Source: Psilocybe cubensis (Eukaryota). Taken from it: a stretch of 64,000 nt of DNA. A model generated the notes under the pieces. The model ran no database searches, was not told the origin of the DNA, and saw only the letters and a program-made list of their open reading frames with translations. Below, one piece after another: positions 38,040 to 49,130 of this stretch; positions within the stretch are counted from its first letter, which is position 1; each line of letters begins with the position of its first letter. The stretch lies in the NCBI GenBank assembly GCA_017499595.2, contig CM039004.1, positions 1,240,001 to 1,304,000 of the forward strand, given 5' to 3'. A program made the translations under genes and the position numbers.

Positions 38040-39750
38040 CCTGACTTGTTTTGGCGCACAAATTTGTATACACCTCATACAATGCCAATGCTGAACAATA
38101 CTGAAACGCAACCAGTGATGGAATAAAAAATAATCCTGGAAGACATCGGTGTTCATCAAATGAGATACGCAAATCAGAATGATTGAATACACGAACACGA
38201 CAAGGATATTATTGGGAGGGTTGTTGTCCATACCTGCGCTAGTAGCATTGCTAGGGGTGTTTCCAGGGCTGGAAATATTATCTATAGCGTTGTACGGATG
38301 CAGGACGGTCAACAGATATCCAGGAGAAACTGGAACACCCTCATCGATGAACCACAAAATGTTGTTCACAGAGTTATTCAACATTGCAGAGTTGTAGTTG
38401 AGAAGACTTTTATTTGCGCTCACTTGACCAAATTGATGTTGTATGAGATGAGACTCAACTGATGGAGCTTTGAGTTGAGAATATATTGAGCACTGGACAA
38501 AAGCAGCTGGATTAGAGTATTCACTGTTTATACTACATGCCGTTGAATACAAAGAGAACAGAAACTTAAAAAAAATATCGAGATGTTAAAATTCCAAGTG
38601 AACAGCACTTACTGCCGAAACAGCACCTTTAGCTCGAACCAAAGTATAAATATCCACTTCCACCGAAGAATTGGTGACATTCCTGTCGCAGAAAATCAGG
38701 GCAATTCAAGGAATTAAGGCTTTCTACATCAGACAATGATATCAAAACAGCGAAATGGCCGAAAGGTAAACTTGGAGCGGTAAAGTTGTCCGCCATTTCC
38801 TCAGAATAATGGACTAGAGCGCCCTTGAAAGATATGAGCAAGCTAAAGAAATGGGGAGATGTAAACCTTACTCTGGAAATACCCTTGATCGAAATAGGAC
38901 CTGCAAGTCGTAAAAGTTAAAACTAAGTCGCTGAAGAGACGTACACAATGACTGAACGCCGTTCGCCCACCCGATTTTCCAGATCACGTGGGTGTTTAGC
39001 TCGCGGCAGATGGCGGCTGGTTCAACATCCTCTTGGCATCCACCAAGACACCTCGTCAGGTTTACTTATGTCTCTGAGATGGGCATGTAGTTACTGTAAA
39101 GCGCCATATACTCACGGCACTTAGAACGCGATTCTAACCAAACGGAGTCATCATCAAACATCCCTAAACATGTGTTGTGGTTGACCGCGTGAATCGAAGT
39201 GGACTTGGACATGATTGTTCAAATTGGCATCGTTTCTAGGTAATTCAAACATTATACTATTGACACACTCAGTTGCATTAGCACTAGAAATGAAATTAAG
39301 GACAGAATATAGTCATACTATTCATATTGTAGAGTGTTTAAAAGGAAATCTTGTGTAATCATTAAGAAGAACTTAAAGACTATTTCAACTGATCACTTCC
39401 GTTCTCCAACAAGAGGTTGGTAACAATCGCGTTCTAAGTGCCGTGAGTATATGGCGCTTTACAGTAACTACATGTCCATCTCAGAGACATAAGTAAACCT
39501 GACGAGGTGTCTTGGTGGATGCCAAGAGGATGTTGAACCAGCCACCATCTGCCGCGAGCTAAACACCCACGTGATCTGGAAAATCGGGTGGGCGAACGGC
39601 GTTCAGTGTACACAATGCGTATGCCATCATGAGTCAAATTCGTGGGAAATGATGGAATATAGGCTAGTAGGACAGGTTGCGACAGAAAGGAGAGCCCCAG
39701 ACCGGTAGGAACAACGTGTCCAAGGATGAACAGGTCGGGAGAGAGAAAAT
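38040..39750 (-). pseudogene. Disrupted gene for a secretory-pathway type I membrane protein (resembles the N-terminal/TM part of an agaricomycete RING-type E3 ligase family)
   Basis: Exon pieces in order: LLAYIPSFPTNLTHDGI / KGISR / GALVHYSEE / P*IALIFCDRNVTNSSVEVDIYTLVRAKGAVSA / YSTACSINSEYSNP...HLIQHQFGQ...GVPVSPGYLLTVLHPYNA / IIFYSITGCVSVLFSIGIV*G. Premature TGA at 38706-38708 and 38075-38077. Interrupted by the TIR element; no RING domain is visible. Confidence 0.65.
38951..39607. mobile_element. Non-autonomous DNA transposon / MITE with long TIRs (Mutator-like architecture)
   Basis: 183-bp terminal inverted repeats at 38951-39133 and 39425-39607 (2 mismatches by eye) around a 291-bp AT-rich noncoding core. 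Flanked by a perfect 10-bp direct repeat GTACACAATG at 38941-38950 and 39608-39617. Confidence 0.92.
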
Positions 39751-41791
39751 GACCTGAGAGAGTAAGAGGTCGCTCTTGCCTGGTGTTCCGGAAGGCATAT
39801 TCAAGCAAAATGTCGACCGTGGAAGACTCTTGAGTCTCAACACACGGACTCAAAATTGAAGTACCCTACACGTGATCTCTCATGTTCTTCGCCCAATTCT
39901 ACTCACAGAACTACATCAGTTATGCGAAACCAATCACATTTAGGGCCTACAACATGGGAAATCTCGAAAACGCAACTCGATACTAATCGATAATGTCATC
40001 TAAAGCATTCAGATATGAATGTTATCCGGGTCCTGCACTAGCGATGTTCGATTCGTGGCAATTCGACTCGGAGGTACTGGTTCCTTGCTGAACGCTGCAT
40101 GGTTCCGCATATATTTGACCAATGATTAGCTGCCATCTAATGCAAACCGGGTGTATGATACTTACAGCAATTCGTAACGTGCGAGTTCCTTTTTCATAAC
40201 TTGGTTCTCCAGATGCTGTTTTACAATTTCTTTCTTTTTAGTAGGCGTAAAGTCAGTGAAACGTCAAACTTCAGAGGAGGCTTTCTTCAATAAGGCTGAC
40301 TACAACCTCGATGTGTTCAATTTGCATTCAACTGGCAAAACTATTCTCCCCACTTCAAAGCCTTGCTACTTAGAAAATTGCTTTGTTCGGGCATGCTGCG
40401 ACTTCTTTACAAATGCCGACATGTACCTTCGAAGTTTTGTTCACAAAGTCAATTTGGTTCAACTGCGCGCATGGAAACCATACACACGCAATAGTTGCAT
40501 GGTTGGATTCCAATATCCAGAAGTTTTGCTGACTGGTGGTGTTTTGTATAGAGCTAGTAGGTTATCTGCATAATGTGCTAAATCAAAGATCACTGATTCT
40601 GGAAAGTGAAAGCGTCCGATTTTTTTCTCAAGACTCGATGAAGTGGAGGACGAATTTATGAGAAGCCTCATTTCAAAACAAGAATGTAACTCTTGGTAAT
40701 CAAGTAACATGCCAGGAGCCACTGCAGATGTATTGCAGGTATGTTGGGAATTTTTTTGCCACACTCGATTCCAATTGAACGGCGGTTATGTTCGTTACAT
40801 GTAATACGATCATCTTGCGATAATCTATGACTTTTTGGTCTTCAGAATTGCAAATGCCTACCAAAACGATCGTTACAATGACTGTCTAACTTAACGAGAA
40901 TTACCTGACGCCGTCTGGTAATTCTCCTTACTACCCTATTTTTGGTTTAGGCTTTTGCCCTGGTTAGTTTATAATAAGTAAACCCCTAACTTAACTGCGT
41001 TATCAACCCCTGATGTGACTTTTTTCTCTCTATTTTCTACTTTGTTCAATGATGTTGACACTCAACCATATTCATCAAGATGTCCTTCTCTTGCATAATT
41101 CTTCAACGCAACTCTTCGAGAAAATCTGATCACCAGTCTCCTACTGAACGCCGCTAGACCCCTTCTCAGACTATAACAAATATGATACATTTCCCAGGTC
41201 AAAATGCCCCTGCCGAATGTATGCAATTTCATTATGCCATGGTCTCTCGTCCACTGATAAAACATTCGAAACTCTTTATGAAAATCTACAGGGATTTCAT
41301 TTGCTAGGTTTCATCACGTTAACCTATTGACCAACGGAAGCCGTGGTCCCTCGTTGGTACTTTGAGTCCCAGCTTCTTTTCCGCACACTGTCCGGATACA
41401 GATTCCATTACGATGATGCAGCCTTCTTTGTGTGCTTTTTTTCAGACGCCTGAGATATAGAGCAGTAAGCCGGCCGATATTAAAACTGCTGTAGCCTAGA
41501 ATAAATTGATGACTACATTACAGATTACTATCGAGCTCCAATGATCAATCACCTGTGAATCATGGGTTCCCAGTCTAATCCAAGACCTGCTGCAGTATTC
41601 CATAACCACGACGACAGTGATTCCACCCTCTATCTAAGGTATAGACATCCAATCCAGCATATGATCATGGTCATTCACACCATTTGACGTCTCTGAGATT
41701 CACTGCCGGACTCTCCTTTCCCATTTTGCATATAATGGCGAAAGATTCATTAAGTTTTAGCAACACATCTGAACGACGTCCTCAAATCGTA

Positions 41792-43699
41792 ATGGCAAAC
41801 GACGGTACTCCCGCTCTTCCACAAGGCTCTGCATCCGACACACAGTACCGATACAGCCAACCGATTCATCATGAACGTCGCCTCAAAGTAATATGCATCG
41901 GCGCAGGCGCTTCTGGACTCCTATTGGCGTACAAGTTGCAGCGTTCCTTCCGAAACTTTGAACTTGTGATTTACGAGAAGAATGACGATATCTCTGGAAC
42001 ATGGCACGAAAACAAATATCCTGGGTAAGCAGTCGGTAGTCTTTTGAGATCCAGTCATTCATTGGCCTGTAGGTGTGCTTGTGACGTTGCAGCCCATATT
42101 TATACATGGAGTTTTGAACCCAATCCACATTGGTCTTCGGTATATTCCGGATCCGAAGAAATTCAGCGCTATTTTCAAAACTTTTCCAAGAAGTACGAAC
42201 TCGAAAAATACATCAAACTGAAGCATCAAGTCTCAAAGGCGACATGGGATGACAAGAAAGGTGGCTGGGATGTAGAAATCGCCAATTTATCAAATGGAAA
42301 TGTGATCCAAGATTCCTGTGACATTCTTGTCAATGCAGCCGGAGTTTTGAATGCCTGGAAATGGCCCGACATACCGGGACTCCACAAGTACAAAGGCGAA
42401 CTGCTTCATACCGCCCGATGGGATACTACGGTAGACCTTAACGGAAAGCACGTTGGGTTAATTGGTAATGGGTAAACGTTTTCTACCTTCACCTTTGTCG
42501 CCCTTGCTTACATATGAGATGATATAGATCCTCTGCAATCCAAGTCCTTCCAGCTATTAGCTCACAGGCGAGCAAAATAACGACTTTCATACGCGGACCT
42601 ACATGGGTTTTTCCATCTCAAAGTATAGAACAACGTGCTTATTCCCAAGAAGAGCTTACCACCTTTGAGACCAACCCTGACGCTCACATAGAGTATCGAA
42701 AAGAGCTGGAATCTTCTTTAAATGCCCTATTTCCCATGTTCATTGCCGATTCCGATGTCCAAAAGGCGACATTCTCCGCGACCGTGGCGACTATGAAGGA
42801 GAAACTCCAGAATGACGCATTGGAGAAAATAGTCATTCCTAGCTGGGCAGTAGGCTGTCGTCGAATGACCCCAGGCATCAACTACCTGGAGACTCTTGTT
42901 TCCAAGAAGGTGGATGTAGTGCACGGTAACATCACGGAGATCACAGAAAAAGGATGTGTCGGCGAAAACGGTCAAGAGCATGCAATTGATGTCTTAATTT
43001 GCGCAACAGGCTTTGACACTTCATATGTGCCTCGGTTTCCTATTATTGGTACTCAAGGGGATCTTCGTGAGGCATGGGCAAAAGAGTCTAAATCGTACCT
43101 TGGACTCGCTGCCAGTGGATTCCCTAATTATTTCATGTTCATTGGTCCAAACAGTCCCATTGGAAACGGTCCGGTTCTGATTTCGATAGGTGAGAAGATC
43201 TCAGTATGGGAAAATGATATTTCTCATTATCTTTGGTCTTGCAGAAGCGCAAGCAGATTACATCTGCAAATTAATGGACCGATGGCAGACCGAAAATATC
43301 CACAGTTTTTCCCCCAAACTCGAGGCTGTGGAAGACTTCATCGAACACAAGGATAACTTCATGAAAGACACGGTCTGGCAACAAGAATGTCGCTCGTGGT
43401 ATAAGGCTAACAGCGTCACAGGGAAAGTGACTGCTCTGTGGCCAGGAAGCACTATGCATTACCTCGAAGCTATCGCCGAGCCGCGATACGACGATTGGGA
43501 TGTCAAGTACAACGGAAATCGTTTCGCTTTTCTAGGCAATGGCTACTCACGCACCGAGGTTGACACCACTGCGGATTGGGCTTATTACATTAGGAACCAC
43601 GATGATAGCCCTCACCTGAGCCGAAGCAAACGTAGGGAGTTATATTCTAAATCAGGGACTATCGAACGTGCTGTTGAACGTGGTGCTATTTTGCTTTAA
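41792..43699 (+). CDS. Baeyer-Villiger-type monooxygenase (StcW-like family), copy 3
   Basis: VICIGAGASG, SGTWHENKYPG/CACD, YKGELLHTARWD, GLIGNG/SSA, GCRRMTPG, ICATGFD; closely similar to copy 2. Confidence 0.92.
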
Positions 43700-43977
43700 C
43701 TTGATTTACTTTCTTTGTGTCTTTGACAGCCGCTTGGTTACTGTTACATATGTAGTTTACTTTAAGCCAGAAAATCATTTCCCACTATATCCATAGTAAA
43801 TTCAGAAGTTGGACCACTTTGTCTGGTTTCACGATGCCTCTAGTTAAGAGAGAATGAGACAAACCGCGCTGCCGCCATAATTTCATGTAATTGGGGAAAG
43901 GAGCCTCGGAACAATTGGCCGGATTCAGACCCACTCTGTTACTACTTTCATCAGTGCTCACGCTCACGCTCACTATA

Positions 43978-45070
43978 ATGACCTCCATCCTTAGGAGAAC
44001 ACGAAATGCATCAAAATGGACATCGTCTCTACGTTTCAATCATCATTCACAGGGAGTTCGCACCATCCATTCTGCTAGCGCCTCCACCACCGGGACTAAT
44101 TCAGTCAACACTGATGAAATTGCTCACTTTTCAAAACTTTCCTCAGAATGGTGGGACGAGAAAGGAGAATTCAATTTTCTGCACAAGATGAACCCCGTAC
44201 GAATTCAATTCATCCGCGAAAAGATGCTTGAGGTGGCTCAGGCAGAAAATCCGGACCTGGATAGTGGTGACATGTTAACCGGGTTGGATGTATTGGACGT
44301 TGGCTGTGGTGGAGGATTGCTCTCGGAGGTTAGAGTTATTTCTTTATAAACATCTCTTTTATATGATGTTTTTGCTTCTAGAGTCTGGCGCGGTTGGGAG
44401 CCAAAACTACAGGTATAGACGCGTCCGAGTCTAACATTGCAATCGCGTCTTTGCATGCTGCCGCAGACCCCAAGCTATCTCCTGAAGGAACAACGCCAAA
44501 TCTTTCCTACCTCCACACTTCTGCCGAGAACTTGCTTCCCAATCCCAAACGATATGATGTCGTATGCTCCATGGAAGTCCTAGAACATGTCGATAATCCA
44601 GCCACTTTTCTTGCTACTTGTGCTGAGCTTTTGAAGGTATAGCTAATGTGCCGGATCTAGATTTTTATATTAACCATCGGTTTTCAAAGCCTGGAGGTCA
44701 TCTCTTTTTGTCCACAATATCAAGGACGCCTCTTGCCTATGCACTTACCATCTTCATGGCGGAGGATGTTCTACGACAAGTTTCCCAGGGGACGCACACC
44801 TACTCGAAATATATCAAACCCTCCGAACTCGTCCAGTTTTTCCGCGACTACCCTCAGCAAGACAAATCTAACCCACTATCAGGTTCATCATCATCGAGGC
44901 CATGGATATCCACGCCTTCTGGTAGCAATTATTTGCCTCGAATGGAGGCAGAACTACGTGGCTTGATATACAATCCTTTTCAAGCTCGCTGGCACCTTGC
45001 GCCAAAAGATGCTTGGGGTGCTTTGGAATGCAATTACATATTTTGGGTACGCAAACCCATGGAATCATAG
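43978..45070 (+). CDS. COQ3: Ubiquinone biosynthesis O-methyltransferase
   Basis: Mitochondrial presequence, EIAHFSKLSSEWWDEKGEFNFLHKMNPVR, VLDVGCGGGLLSE (SAM motif I), EVLEHVDNP, KPGGHLFLSTI and GTHTYSKYIKPSEL. Confidence 0.95.
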
Positions 45071-45221
45071 CAACAATGCATCCAATCCGAAGAGAGAGTT
45101 CTATTATACTTTTTGCTGTAGCCCTGGGAACCTTGCCTTATAGGTTCGTTGGTACAGATATATCCCCACTGAAAACAAAACAGAATACAAAAATATAACA
45201 AAAGGAGCAGCACAATGTCTT

Positions 45222-48200
45222 TTATTGCTTTGACTTCTTCATGCTTCGCCTGTTCTTCTTCTCCTTCGGTCCTCCAGCATTCGAAGCAGGTGCTCCCTCT
45301 TCAGCTTTTCTCTTTTGGCCGACAGTCACAGTAGACTTGACGCTCACAGTTGTCGACTTCCCGGGGTTCGCGATCTGTGCCTCGGCGAGACTCCAATCAG
45401 CTCCGCTATCATTAATAGCATACCTGAATGGCCAAGATGTCAATAAAGATAGTCCATGTAGCTATACGAGTAATCATAAAAAAGTTGCTTACTTCTTAAG
45501 GTCTAGAGCGTTAATCATCTCTCTCTGTCTCTCTTTCAACGCAGTGGTCACCTCATTACCAGCTTCGTCTAACTCGTCTAGCATCGTCGTCGCAACGCCT
45601 TCCATATCTTCAAGACGAGTTGAATCACCAAGCGGAGTTACTTTCGCCTGAGGGAGCTCTGCGCTGATGGCAGCTTTACGGATATCAATGAGACGTTTGC
45701 TAATCTTGCGGATCATTTTTGCGAAGAGTGCCAATGTTTGGGCGGCAGGGAGTTGAAGCTCAACCTAGATGACGACGAGTTAACTTTATGGATAAAATGG
45801 TCAGAACCTTAAATAAAGATAGCCTACCTCAAGATCTTCTATAGTCTTTCTTTGTAGACCAATAGCAAGCAAGATACTGCTCTGGACGGCGGTTAATCTC
45901 ACAGGTCCTTCCGTAGTTTGAGCCTCGTCAGCAGTGGCAGGGGCACCTAATCGCTTTTGGAAGTACAGATCGGCGATGGATGGCATAAGGTCAAGAATAA
46001 CATGGTAATCGAGCATATTGTTAGCATATGACTCAAGACGCTTGAGATCGAAAGGTGTAAACCGAATAGCAAGCTCCTGAGGTGTTAAAACTGAGAAGAT
46101 AATTAGCAATGGGTCTTCATTCGCGAGGAGTAGTTTTTACCAGTATCGTTGGCATCGTCTTTGATTCCAGCGTTCGCAGCCTCCAAAATGCTTAATGAAG
46201 TCACGCTTCCAAATTCACGGAATTTGTATGAAAGTAATGTCAGGAAACGCCTTCTGAAATCTAACCTTTGGTTAGAACCTAGCTCGAGGAATAAAAATGG
46301 GTAACGAGACCTTTCGCAAACTCGTGTAGCCAGGCCATTTCACTTTCAACCGAGCTATTTAGTCCTCGGACCATGACGCAAGTGTGTTCACCAGTCAACT
46401 CGCTGGCCGTCTGACGCACATATAAAGGCACATAGCCAGCGCGTTTCCAGAATCTACAAGAACATCAGCCTATCTACACCAGAAAGGTTCAAACCACACA
46501 CATACCTGAGCAATTGAGGCGTCAAGCCATACGACACGCCGAGATAATCAAGATTTTCGGGTTTACGCTCAGTAAGACGTTGGAGGAGGGGAGGCATCGC
46601 TGATGGGGCACGGACAGTAGGATTTTCTGTAAGAAGATCGACACCCTAAGGTTTGGAATTTTTGTAAGATACAAAGTCACTTGCGTCCAAATCGCAACAA
46701 CTTACAGGTTCAACTGCTGAAGGGTCTGGGTAATGGGTCTCTGGCTTGGCTGATTCGTCCAGGTTGAAATATTCGCCACTATAAAAGGAATTCAAGGCTT
46801 TGAGGGCCCTTGATCCATAACCCATCTATGTGGAGAAGTGTTTAGTAACAAATGAGTATACAAGAACGGCATAACTCACATTAGCATAGTCTGGATGACA
46901 AGCGACTCTGACCACTCTGGCTCCACTCAATTTTGCAAAGGCATTCTCTTGGAACTGCTGGGAGATCAACCAAGGAATCATGTCACCGCCTGCTCTCATG
47001 CCTCTTCCGAGTCCTTCCATGATGGCCTCTTTGCTAATTTGGCCTTCCAGGGCGACTTGTAGCACAACAAGGGGTTCTGGTAAATGTGTTTCATCATCCT
47101 TAATGGGGGGCAAAAGAACGAACAAATGATGGGCTGGGGCGTCAGACAGGAGTTGTAGGTCATTTGGCTGATTCTTGTAATGCGAAGCTACATAGAGGGC
47201 CATCATTCGTTGCAAAAACAGCTCAGATGCAGGATGGTAGCTGAACAATGTGTCGCGGCTCACGTAGAATAGCTCGCATTGTGATGGATGGGGACACCCT
47301 TGGGCACTGGAGCGTGGAAGGATTGTTGCGTCGAGACACAGCAAACCATTTAACCACTTTTCAATTTGATCACCCGCAGAGTAACGTATGGGAGTCTCCA
47401 GTTTGATCTCGCGGAGTGTGCGTGATTTAGGAGCTGCCTTGATAGTAGGTTTCTTGCTCGAAGAAGCAGTCGCTGACTCTTCTTTGTCGTTATGGCCAGC
47501 GTCTTTGGTCAGGGAAGGTCTGGTGCTCTCGCGGAGTTGTTGAATAAGTTTTAGAGAAAGTGATCTTCCAGTACCCTCGTAACCATTGATCGTGGAAGCC
47601 ATAAATACCAGGTAAGGGCCGATGAGATTGCGGACTAAGGGTAGAGGAATGGCAGCAGCTTCGTCGATGATCACCAGTTCCGCTTGTCCTAGAACATGAG
47701 CATCTTGGGGTTGGATATACTTCATGACGTGGTATATTGAGCGCGCAGAAAACGATGAGCAAGAATAAAAACTCACTTGAATTGTTTGTCTGTGATCCCT
47801 GAATACATTCACTCTTACTACTGATTTGCTCGACTCCTCCTTGTTTTCGCCCAGATTTTGTGCAACTGCGATGTCATAGTCGAGATGTTCTTCATAGCCA
47901 AGCGCATCCAAACCCTTAAATACAAACTCAAAGAGTGTCTTCAGATTCTCAGGGCTAGGACTTGTGACAAAGATGTTGGCATATCCATGAGCCAAAGCGG
48001 CCGCAATGGCCAGGCCGAGGGCCGCACTTTTACCACGACCGCGAGCAGCGGTGAGAGTAACAGTGGACGAGAGGGTCTTTTCAGCAATAGCGTCGATGAA
48101 TGTGAGAATGGCCTGTGCCTGATCAATAGTTTTTGCGAGCTTGGCGAGCTCCCCAGCAGGTTTGACATCGGCAAGCGATTCCCTCAGCTCCACAAGTTGG

Positions 48201-49130
48201 GTTTCCGCGGAATCCGATTCTTTGTTCTTTCCAGGAGTGTCCTCGATGGGTTTAATGTCCTTTCCGCGAGATATGGGGAGGACGTTGAGTTCGTCGTCCA
48301 GTACCAGACAATCAGGACATGATCCAAGAGAAAGGATAAAGCGTTCGTTGAATCTGGCTACCACGGAATCGTGTGATGAAGTTCTGTACCGCGAATGCAC
48401 GTCCTGATATGCCATGAGTTCAGATATTAAGCAATAGGCAACACAACCACGGCTTACCATGGTCATTGTATACAACTGTCTCAACGAAGTCATGGTCTTG
48501 AGCAGCAAAACAACCAAACCACCACCTTCCACCGTTTCAATTGTTCGGGCGAGCAGGTTGGGCGTGATAGCCTCAAAGTCTTGAAGGACACACATGCCGT
48601 ATGTATTTCCGAGAATTTTGTGCGATTCTTTGTAGTACCTGTGCAAGGTGTAGACGAAAGATTGTCCAAAATGGAGGGTTTGTACAAGAGAGCAAACAAT
48701 TGAGCCGGACACAGAGATCAGACAAGTCGACCATGAATTTGGGGTGCTGCAAACAACTCACGTATAACGAATGTCGGTAACGGTAACAAAAATCTCGAAA
48801 GGATCCTGTTCATTCGCCTCACGGATACCTCTTTTCACATCGCGCTTGATTTTAGCTTCTCTCTTTTTGCGGTGACTGGTGAACCCAAGTTCTTTCTTAT
48901 AGCACCATAATACGGATGGTCGAGCAGAAACACGCGCTTGTGAAAGCAGGAAGTGAAGATTTACGATCTAATGAAGGATTTTCAATTTTAGCAGGTAATA
49001 ATACTGTATTGTTATTTGTACAAACCTGGTCTCGTCCTTTGTCACCAACAAGGACAATGAAAGATCTATGGTTCTTCTTAACATTATTGTTGATGAGGAT
49101 AGGAATTCGAGGGTCGAGTTGTTTGCGCAT
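45222..49130 (-). CDS. NAT10: RNA cytidine acetyltransferase (18S rRNA/tRNA ac4C)
   Basis: MRKQLDPRIPILINNNVKKNHRS, VLQDFEAITPNLLARTIETVEGGG, TAARGRGKSAALG, IIDEAAAIPLP, SHYKNQPNDLQ, GARVVRVACHPDY...GYGSRAL and basic C-terminal NLS; equivalent to KRE33. Confidence 0.97.

Noticed and set aside
39434-39853. 139-aa minus-strand ORF as a transposase or real gene
   Set aside because: It is a chimera of the pseudogene's first exon reading into the MITE TIR and has no transposase motifs.
40250-41340. Possible decayed F-box-like gene on the minus strand (similar weak fragments at 9780-10700 and 50228-50509)
   Set aside because: Only vague resemblance (e.g. WEMYHICYSLRRGLAAFSRRL) with many stops; not supportable without a homology search.
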